Assembly (NCBI GenBank): GCA_964457585.1
Contig: CAYWFU010000066.1
Span: forward strand, 1 to 17,345
Origin: an uncultured bacterium
GTDB taxonomy: Bacteria > JACRDZ01
Length of the DNA: 17,345 bases
Direction: 5' to 3'
Shown: positions 9,144-15,077 of the stretch, piece after piece
Layout of the letters: each line of letters opens with the position of its first letter
How positions within the stretch are numbered: position 1 is the first letter of the stretch
The notes under the pieces: model-generated
Told to the model about the DNA's origin: nothing
What the model saw: only the letters and a program-made list of their open reading frames with translations
Databases searched by the model: none
Translations under genes and position numbers: made by a program

Positions 9144-9446
9144 TCAGGTTACATTTATCCTCTGTTCAAGACGATCTAATCTTTTTGTTATTTCATCATT
9201 TATATTATTATTTTTTGTTTCTTCTTTTGTGACCAAATAGGGATCGTTCTGCCACCAGTTTATCCCCATTTCCATTGCTTTATCCACAGAACTGATTAAA
9301 AGACGAATCTTAATATTAAGCAGATCTATATCAGCAAGTTGTATGCTTATGTCACCGCAAATTACTATTCCCTTATCCAATACTCTTTCCAGAATATCAG
9401 CCAGATTTGTTGCTTCAGTAGCATGTATCAATTTTTGATCAGACAT
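9144..9446 (-). CDS. gvpJ: Gas vesicle protein GvpJ (GvpA-family minor protein)
   Basis: GvpA-family core LADILERVLDKGIVICGDISIQLADIDLLNIKIRLLISSVDKA plus a C-terminal GINWWQNDPYL motif characteristic of GvpJ. It lacks the WxRVSLVGIE motif of the major GvpA. Confidence 0.8.
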   Translation of the reverse strand: MSDQKLIHATEATNLADILERVLDKGIVICGDISIQLADIDLLNIKIRLLISSVDKAMEMGINWWQNDPYLVTKEETKNNNINDEITKRLDRLEQRINVT

Positions 9447-9450
9447 TATA

Positions 9451-9717
9451 TTATTCTCCTATATTTCCCAATTTTTCAATTAATTCAGCTGTTTTCTGAC
9501 GCAATTTCGAAATAGCATGGCAGTTGATGCAATCCATACTTTCAGCATCATAGTCGCTGCAAATAAGAAGAGTATCTACCTCATGCTTGAGTTCTTCGGC
9601 AAATATGGATTTATCATGATTATCTTTAGATTTGTTAACTTTATCTATAAGATTCCCAATTAAGAGCTCTTGTTTGTTGAATATCTGACAATCTATTTCA
9701 GACATTTTTTTATACAT
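9451..9717 (-). CDS. Hypothetical small Cys-containing protein (88 aa) in the gvp operon
   Basis: ORF 4 nt upstream of gvpJ. Four Cys including CINCH (CxxC). SD-like GGGGGA before the ATG. Not recognisably GvpA-family. Confidence 0.45.
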   Translation of the reverse strand: MYKKMSEIDCQIFNKQELLIGNLIDKVNKSKDNHDKSIFAEELKHEVDTLLICSDYDAESMDCINCHAISKLRQKTAELIEKLGNIGE

Positions 9718-9740
9718 TTTTCCCCCAGATTCATTAAATT

Positions 9741-9784
9741 AAGCCTGATAAATCAGGCAACTACAAAAATTTTAATGTAGTTGC
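9741..9784. repeat. Repeat family A copy 1: double-hairpin element (gcctgatAaatcaggc + gcaactaca...tgtagttgc)
   Basis: Same architecture and about 85% identity to copies at 14995-15041 and 17299-17345. All sit upstream of start codons of minus-strand genes. Confidence 0.7.
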
Positions 9785-9809
9785 TCGATTTATCGAGCGA
9801 AATTATAAA

Positions 9810-9929
9810 CTTTCAATTTCCTATACATTAAATTAGATCCCCGATAAAAAATGTCGGGGATGACATATAAGAAAGTTGTGTCATTCCCGACATTTTTTAT
9901 CGGGAATCTTGTCTTTCAATTTCCTATAC
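9810..9929. repeat. MITE-like element: 73-bp near-perfect hairpin (30-bp arms, 9836-9865 / 9879-9908) flanked by a 17-bp direct repeat ctttcaatttcctatac (9810-9826, 9913-9929)
   Basis: Arms gatccccgataaaaaatgtcggggatgaca and its reverse complement (28/30 match), 13-nt loop. Exact 17-bp direct repeats on both sides. Located between gvpK and the downstream 88-aa ORF. Confidence 0.6.
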
Positions 9930-10259
9930 CTATAAATTAATATTTAATTTTAAATCTTCATCTTTCAATCCGAAAAGATCTTTCATCTCCTGCATCTTTT
10001 TTTCTAATTTCATCAGGGATTCACCGATTCTTTCAATTTCGTCTTCTGATAGAGACCCACCTTCAATTCTCCTTATTGCCTGTTTCTCCATAAGCTCTCT
10101 TAAGAGCTCAATTAATGCTAATACTAATCTGGCTAAACCATGCTCAACTTTATCAGGATCAACGTTAATATTATTTAACGAAAGTTTATCTATTTGTGAT
10201 AATTCATCTGTGAATTCTTTTGCTAAAATTGGGTCGATAGGGACTTTATTGCAATCCAT
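9930..10259 (-). CDS. gvpK: Gas vesicle protein GvpK
   Basis: GLARLVLALIELLRELMEKQAIRRIEGGSLSEDEIERIGESLMKLEKKMQEMKDLFGLKDEDL matches the conserved GvpK core (LV ... ELLRQLMERQA-RR ... L ... E ... LG ... L ... L ... FGL ... DL). Confidence 0.85.
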   Translation of the reverse strand: MDCNKVPIDPILAKEFTDELSQIDKLSLNNINVDPDKVEHGLARLVLALIELLRELMEKQAIRRIEGGSLSEDEIERIGESLMKLEKKMQEMKDLFGLKDEDLKLNINL

Positions 10260-11052
10260 TTAATAATCCCTCCTCCTTATCTGTAAAATTATAAGGCGGC
10301 CATGGTCCTGTAAAAAGAAATTTCAGATCCTTTCTTCCCTGTTCCAGTTCTCTGATTCTATTGATAAATTTATCTTCTTTTCCTTTTTCAACCAAAAAAT
10401 TTGCATCCAGAATTATTTTTTTTGTTAGCATCTTTTTAAACGTACTCAATGAACTTACCTCTTCCAGGTAAGGATAAATATCGTTTATTATATTCTCAGC
10501 ATTTTTCATTAATGCTTCTTCATGTTTATATTTTTTAAATTTATTAGCTAAATACTTCCGATACGGGGAATTACCTTCCAGAGCATCAAATATTTTTTGA
10601 CTTTCTTTTAAACAACTAAATGGTATTATTTTTTGACCTGCATTTTCATAATCCCACATTACTTTCAATCCGAATTCCAGTTTATTTTTAACTCTCTGTA
10701 AATTGAGATTAAATTTATCGTATTGCTCTTTTAAAAGTTTTACAATTTCACTTTCTTCTTCAAATGCTGTCCCGAATCTAAAAGGAAGAAGCGAATAATT
10801 TTCCATTAAATCTTCTATTATTTTTTCATATTCAAGTATACATTTTTTGTTAATTTTTAATCTATGGTCCCATATTTCACTAACAGCAATTGCAATATCT
10901 CCGTATGACAGGCAATATAAATAGGAATCGTACAATCCTTTGAAACCAAGTCCTGTTTTATTTATGGAATTATTCGAAATATTAAGATTGGATTCCTTTT
11001 CAATAATGCACGTAAAATCCAATATCGCATAACAGCATTTAACCATTTTCAT
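10246..11052 (-). CDS. GvpF/GvpL family gas vesicle protein (paralog 4, 268 aa)
   Basis: N-terminal YAI ... AVSE, central LPFRFGT, C-terminal ANFLVEKGKEDKF ... TGPWPPYNF. These are hallmarks of GvpF/L. Confidence 0.8.
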   Translation of the reverse strand: MKMVKCCYAILDFTCIIEKESNLNISNNSINKTGLGFKGLYDSYLYCLSYGDIAIAVSEIWDHRLKINKKCILEYEKIIEDLMENYSLLPFRFGTAFEEESEIVKLLKEQYDKFNLNLQRVKNKLEFGLKVMWDYENAGQKIIPFSCLKESQKIFDALEGNSPYRKYLANKFKKYKHEEALMKNAENIINDIYPYLEEVSSLSTFKKMLTKKIILDANFLVEKGKEDKFINRIRELEQGRKDLKFLFTGPWPPYNFTDKEEGLLNGLQ

Positions 11053-11139
11053 AAAATCACCTCGATTTTATTTTTGGTAATGTCAAAAATTAACCACAGA
11101 GAACACAGAGAAACCTTTAAATATTAAATTGTATAAATT

Positions 11140-11167
11140 GTAGAGACGCAAAATTTTGCGTCTCTAC
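11140..11167. repeat. Repeat family B copy 1: perfect 28-bp palindrome GTAGAGACGCAAAATTTTGCGTCTCTAC
   Basis: Perfect dyad. An identical copy lies at 14962-14989. Nested inside a larger imperfect inverted repeat (cacagagaacacagag / ctctgtgtcctc). About 90-115 nt upstream of the GvpF/L start at 11052. Confidence 0.7.
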
Positions 11168-11225
11168 CCCCTCTGTGTCCTCAAATTATTAATTTTTTTA
11201 TACCGTTTTTTAACCTTTCTACATT

Positions 11226-11297
11226 GAAAAAACTAACCACAGAGGTCACCAGAGGATTTTAAAATTTAAAATATTTTTTCTCGGTGTCCTCTGTGGT
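11226..11297 (-). terminator. Intrinsic terminator-like hairpin just downstream of the 62-aa GvpA-family gene (15-bp stem, about 30-nt AT loop, U-tract)
   Basis: Stem aaccacagaggtcacc (11235-11250) pairs with ggtgtcctctgtggt (11283-11297), followed on the minus strand by ttttttc (11226-11232). There is also a T7 run on the plus side (11302-11308), so it is bidirectional. Confidence 0.45.
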
Positions 11298-11320
11298 GAA
11301 ATTTTTTTGTGATTCATTTT

Positions 11321-11509
11321 TTATCCTTTTATTCTTAGCTTTTCCATAGTCTCAACAGAACTCAAAAGCACTCTTAATCCGATATATATAAGATCTATAT
11401 CAGCCACGGAAATAACAATATCTCCGCTTAAAACCACTCCTTTATTCAAAACTCTGTCCAGAATTTCAACCAGATTTATATCATTTGTTTTGGTAATAGT
11501 ATTTTTCAT
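11321..11509 (-). CDS. Small GvpA-family gas vesicle protein, GvpS/J/M-like (62 aa)
   Basis: LVEILDRVLNKGVVLSGDIVISVADIDLIYIGLRVLLSSVETM is the GvpA-family core, but with GDIxISxADIDL instead of the DAWVRVSLVGIE of the major shell protein. It resembles B. megaterium GvpS / haloarchaeal GvpJ/M. Start overlaps the upstream gene stop (ATGA). Confidence 0.8.
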   Translation of the reverse strand: MKNTITKTNDINLVEILDRVLNKGVVLSGDIVISVADIDLIYIGLRVLLSSVETMEKLRIKG

Positions 11510-12366
11510 TTATTTTTTTGTACCTCTGTCATATTAACAAAATTAAACGGAGGCCATGGACCGGAATACTCGAATTCAAAACCTGTTTCACTATATTCTT
11601 TTTTCAATTCTTCGATCGTATCAAAAAATCCATTTACATTTTTTTTGAATAAAAGATAGCTTGAGTTAAATATCATTTTGTTTTTATGCAAATTCGCATT
11701 TTCAGTAAATAATTTGTTTATTACTGCTTCATGCGATTGGCTGCTGAATTTATCGAAACAATATTTTATATAATCATCTAAAATTTTATTTGTCTCGCAG
11801 GCAATTAATTCATCTCTTTTTTTCTTTAATAAAAAAGCCTTTCCAGGACCAGAGCAAAAAATTTTCTGATCATGCTGTTTGATTCTTTCGCTTGTTTCGG
11901 ATATTTTTTTATTCAAGATATTCATATTGCAATATATTTTCAATGCCCATTCTTCTTTATCGTTGAGTTTATATATGTTATCCATTAATTGCGGAGTATA
12001 CTCATCAATCATCTCTTTTAAACTTTCCTCGGTTTTAAATATAGTGCCGAATTTGAATGGAACTATTGTCATATTTTTCATTATGATTCTATTTATATTC
12101 ATATGCGCTTTTACCCTTGGGATAACCCATCCCATCTTACATAAATTTTTTTCTATATTAGTCTCTCCGAATTCATCACTGGAAACAAGTCTGGCAGCAG
12201 CATAAATATCATTATGTCTGATACAAAAAATATCATCGCATAAATCCGAATTTTTCAAATCCGGCTCTCTCAAAGTAATACAATAAATATATAACAGATT
12301 TCCCATATTGAATTTTCTCCAATCATCTTCCCGATTATGATTAGTGTTTCTGTTCATATGATTCAA
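11506..12366 (-). CDS. gvpL: GvpF/GvpL family gas vesicle protein (paralog 3, 286 aa; GvpL-like by position)
   Basis: YIYCI ... AARLVSS, VPFKFGTIF, C-terminal NSSYLLFKKNVNGF ... YSGPWPPFNFV. Located between gvpG and the gvpS-like gene, as gvpL is in B. megaterium. Confidence 0.7.
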   Translation of the reverse strand: MNHMNRNTNHNREDDWRKFNMGNLLYIYCITLREPDLKNSDLCDDIFCIRHNDIYAAARLVSSDEFGETNIEKNLCKMGWVIPRVKAHMNINRIIMKNMTIVPFKFGTIFKTEESLKEMIDEYTPQLMDNIYKLNDKEEWALKIYCNMNILNKKISETSERIKQHDQKIFCSGPGKAFLLKKKRDELIACETNKILDDYIKYCFDKFSSQSHEAVINKLFTENANLHKNKMIFNSSYLLFKKNVNGFFDTIEELKKEYSETGFEFEYSGPWPPFNFVNMTEVQKNK

Positions 12367-12586
12367 CTTCCAGCGCTGTGTTTAATTTAATGTCGTATAC
12401 ATTTCTATCTTTTACTCTGGTCGGTAGTCCGAGAGCTTTTATAAAAGAACTTTCTTCATATGCTTCAGCTTCTGCATACCATCCATCAGCTAATTTTGAT
12501 GTTTTAATAATTTTAATGTCTTCTGTATGTAATGTATTTTTTAAAAATACTGCGACGATTTTTTCAACTTCTTCAATATTGTTCAT
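12341..12586 (-). CDS. Hypothetical 81-aa acidic protein in the gvp operon
   Basis: ORF overlapping both neighbours on the same strand. No motif I can assign. Co-operonic with the gvp genes. Confidence 0.45.
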   Translation of the reverse strand: MNNIEEVEKIVAVFLKNTLHTEDIKIIKTSKLADGWYAEAEAYEESSFIKALGLPTRVKDRNVYDIKLNTALEVESYEQKH

Positions 12587-12836
12587 CAGAATCCCCCTCT
12601 TTCATTTTTCTGATAGCATCCAATTGAGATAAAATTTCTTTTTCATTTTTAATGTATTCTTCTTCACTGATCTCATCCAATTCAAAATCTAGCTGTAATT
12701 TCATGAGTCTTTCTTTTATTTTTCCTTCATCAGATATTTCTTTATCTAATACTTCGCTCAACTTTTCCCCAAGCCAGATAACACCATTCAAAGGTGAAAA
12801 CAATAGATCATCAATTATAAACATTATTTTTCCCAT
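12573..12836 (-). CDS. gvpG: Gas vesicle protein GvpG
   Basis: N-terminal FIIDDLLFSPLNGVIWLGEKL and C-terminal acidic coiled region LQLDFELDEISEEEY ... match GvpG. About 85 aa. Confidence 0.75.
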   Translation of the reverse strand: MGKIMFIIDDLLFSPLNGVIWLGEKLSEVLDKEISDEGKIKERLMKLQLDFELDEISEEEYIKNEKEILSQLDAIRKMKEGDSDEQY

Positions 12837-13594
12837 TCTTCCGGATATATTGTAATATTCACAAAATTGAATATTGGCAATGGTCCAACATATTTAAATT
12901 TGGTTCTATCGGAATATTCTTCATTTAAATCATCGACAATATTATCAAATTCTTTTTCTCGTCCCTTATCCACTAAAAATGCGGCATTAATAAACATGTT
13001 ATCTCCGATAGTTGGATTAAGCTTATAATCAAGAGCCGATTTTTTTACAGCATTAATAATTTTATTCGTCTCGTCTTCCTTTTTTATCTTAAGGGCATAT
13101 TCAACCATTTTCCCAATTTCAACGGTTGCGTTTACATTCTCTCTTACGGAACTTTTTTGGATTTTTTGCTTCAGCAGCTTAATATCATCGTTTTCATCGA
13201 CAATTTCCTTGAAAATATTTTCACTGTTTTTCCATAAACCCTTAATACCAAGCTCTATCTTGTTTTCCATGACTTTTAAAGTATCCTTAAACTCTTTATA
13301 TCGTCTATCGAGTAAATTTCTTATTTCATCCTGCGAAGCAGCAATTGTTCCAAATCGAACAGGCAGAACGCTGCTAAACTCCTTCATTACTTCTTCTATA
13401 ACTTTTTGATGTGACAGTAGATACTCTCTTGCAACTGGAAATTTGGTTACAGGATGACTGCTTATCACCATGCTTAAATTATTGGATCCTATTGTCAGAA
13501 CATCATCGCCTCTTGCACCGATTCCTATTGGGCCGAAAGACATCTCTTTATCCGAACATATTATGCAGTAAACGTATTTTCCTTCTGATATCAT
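12824..13594 (-). CDS. gvpF: GvpF/GvpL family gas vesicle protein (paralog 2, 256 aa; GvpF-like by position)
   Basis: YVYCII ... SMVISS, VLPVRFGTI, AAFLVDKGREKEFD ... YVGPLPIFNFV. Immediately upstream of gvpG, as in the canonical F-G order. Confidence 0.8.
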   Translation of the reverse strand: MISEGKYVYCIICSDKEMSFGPIGIGARGDDVLTIGSNNLSMVISSHPVTKFPVAREYLLSHQKVIEEVMKEFSSVLPVRFGTIAASQDEIRNLLDRRYKEFKDTLKVMENKIELGIKGLWKNSENIFKEIVDENDDIKLLKQKIQKSSVRENVNATVEIGKMVEYALKIKKEDETNKIINAVKKSALDYKLNPTIGDNMFINAAFLVDKGREKEFDNIVDDLNEEYSDRTKFKYVGPLPIFNFVNITIYPEEWEK

Positions 13595-13602
13595 TTTTCA
13601 CC

Positions 13603-14742
13603 TCATTCACAAATTCTGACTATTATTGAATTTTTTTCAAAATCTTCTTTTTTGAAAGAACAGAAATCGTCTTGACAATAATCCGAAATAATCTTGTAAG
13701 CTCTTGTACTTTCATCAAACTCACTTGCAATATTCTCTTTATCCGGATTTCTGTCAGGATGAGTTAATAAAGCTTTCATCTGATGCGCTCTTCTTATTTC
13801 TTCTTTAGTAGCTGTTATATCCAGCCCGAGCTTCTTTCTGCACCAATCAATTTCTTCAAATTGCATTTTCTTAATTTCAAATGCATAAAAATTATAAGTG
13901 GGCAACGGACCAATAATTTTAAAATTCAACTGTTCATTAAATTCACAATTTAACTCTTCTATTTTTTTATTGAAATCTTCAAATTTGTTTTTATTAATTA
14001 AGAAAGCAAAATTACCTATCGTTTTATCATCTTCTGGTATTTGAGATTTACTGCTTTCGACAATTTCATCCAGTGAAGTCTCTATTCGAAGTGTATATTC
14101 TTTTATTCTTTTGTTAACAAAATCCTGAACCATAATACCGAGTTTTATTTTATCCTCAATAGTTACGTTCTCTGCTTTATTAATAAGGTTTTGTTTTGCA
14201 TCCAGAATATCTTTTTCATGACCTATTTCAGTTAAAACTGAGTTAAAATTATTCCATTTGACTATGACATTCATTTCTATCATGTCACTCATCTTATTGA
14301 ATATATCATTTATTATTCTATAACCTTTACTCAAGGACAACCTCACATTATCATCATTATCAATAAAAGTACCGAATTTAACAGGAATGACAGTATGATT
14401 AGACATTATTTCTTCTATTACTTTTTGGTGATTTACAAGTTCTTTAAGTAATGTTTCTTTGAATATGGATGTATAATCTTTAAAAGGTAATCTGCTAACA
14501 ACACAGGCAATATCCTGATGGTTAATCGTATATATTTCGTCAGCTACCATACTGCGGAATTTTTCGATCTTTTCAAAATTGCGAAATACATTCGATTTTT
14601 CATTATTTATCTTAATGATAGCGTATACATATGTCATAAGATTAAAATTTTCATAATGTTTTACAGGAAAACTGCTTGCGAACTTTTCTGAAAATTTATC
14701 AGCAAATTTAAATTGAGTCAATTTAAGCATAGGATCCTCCAT
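13603..14742 (-). CDS. GvpF/GvpL family protein fused to a C-terminal DnaJ-type J-domain (379 aa)
   Basis: The N-terminal about 290 aa have GvpF/L hallmarks (YVYAII, VIPVKFGTF, NFAFLINKNKFEDF ... IIGPLPTYNFY). The C-terminal about 70 aa are a J-domain: W ... KLGLDITATKEEIRRAHQMKALLTHPDRNPDKENIASEFDESTRAYKIISD, with the invariant HPD tripeptide. Confidence 0.8.
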   Translation of the reverse strand: MEDPMLKLTQFKFADKFSEKFASSFPVKHYENFNLMTYVYAIIKINNEKSNVFRNFEKIEKFRSMVADEIYTINHQDIACVVSRLPFKDYTSIFKETLLKELVNHQKVIEEIMSNHTVIPVKFGTFIDNDDNVRLSLSKGYRIINDIFNKMSDMIEMNVIVKWNNFNSVLTEIGHEKDILDAKQNLINKAENVTIEDKIKLGIMVQDFVNKRIKEYTLRIETSLDEIVESSKSQIPEDDKTIGNFAFLINKNKFEDFNKKIEELNCEFNEQLNFKIIGPLPTYNFYAFEIKKMQFEEIDWCRKKLGLDITATKEEIRRAHQMKALLTHPDRNPDKENIASEFDESTRAYKIISDYCQDDFCSFKKEDFEKNSIIVRICE

Positions 14743-14765
14743 AGTTTAGCAAATTATTTATGTCG

Positions 14766-14930
14766 TCAGTTAATTTTATTTTTTTTGTTTAATTTTAGAG
14801 ATAACATATTATTTAACATTTGTACTGCCTTTTGTGGTAACCTCATTTCATTCTGCTCTAAAGTTTGCGTTTTATTTATAAAAGACTTGGAAAATAATTT
14901 TTTTTTTAATTCTTCCATTATTTTTTTCAT
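14766..14930 (-). CDS. Unannotated small ORF (54 aa, MKKIMEELKKKLFSKSFINKTQTLEQNEMRLPQKAVQMLNNMLSLKLNKKNKIN)
   Basis: Hand translation of the minus strand. It has the same AAGGAAG-N7-ATG-AAA-AAA leader as the CDC48-like gene. It ends 24 nt before the GvpF/L-J start. Below the ORF-track length cutoff. Confidence 0.35.
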   Translation of the reverse strand: MKKIMEELKKKLFSKSFINKTQTLEQNEMRLPQKAVQMLNNMLSLKLNKKNKIN

Positions 14931-14961
14931 TTCAAACTTCCTTTAAATTAGATTCTGAACT

Positions 14962-14989
14962 GTAGAGACGCAAAATTTTGCGTCTCTAC
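14962..14989. repeat. Repeat family B copy 2: perfect 28-bp palindrome GTAGAGACGCAAAATTTTGCGTCTCTAC
   Basis: Identical to 11140-11167. Located 32-59 nt upstream of the 54-aa ORF start, between repeat A copy 2 and the duplicated leader. Confidence 0.7.
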
Positions 14990-14994
14990 ACATT

Positions 14995-15041
14995 AAGCCT
15001 GTTGAATCAGGCAACTACAATGCATTATATTTGTAGTTGCC
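14995..15041. repeat. Repeat family A copy 2 (gcctgtTgaatcaggc + gcaactacaatgcattatatttgtagttgcc)
   Basis: Same two-hairpin architecture as 9741-9784 and 17299-17345. Immediately followed by a third small palindrome gcccaattcattgggc (15039-15054). Confidence 0.7.
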
Positions 15042-15077
15042 CAATTCATTGGGCATAAAATGAATACTTTTAAATTC

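Noticed and set aside
11321-11509. Calling the 62-aa protein the major shell protein GvpA
   Set aside because: It has the GvpA-family core but carries GDIVISVADIDL in place of the conserved DAW(V/A)RVSLVGIE segment. This matches the minor J/M/S-type proteins, so I did not assign gvpA.
14962-14989. 28-bp palindromes as rho-independent terminators
   Set aside because: Neither copy is followed by a T/U tract on either strand. Only the 11235-11297 hairpin has flanking T-runs, and it was annotated as the terminator.
9718-15077. Sigma-54 -24/-12 promoters upstream of the gvp transcription units (9718-9929, 11053-11320, 14931-15077, 17280-17345)
   Set aside because: I scanned the minus-strand reading of each region for GG-N10-GC with a TGGCA/TTGC context and found no acceptable match. 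The only candidate is on the plus strand at 2339-2355.
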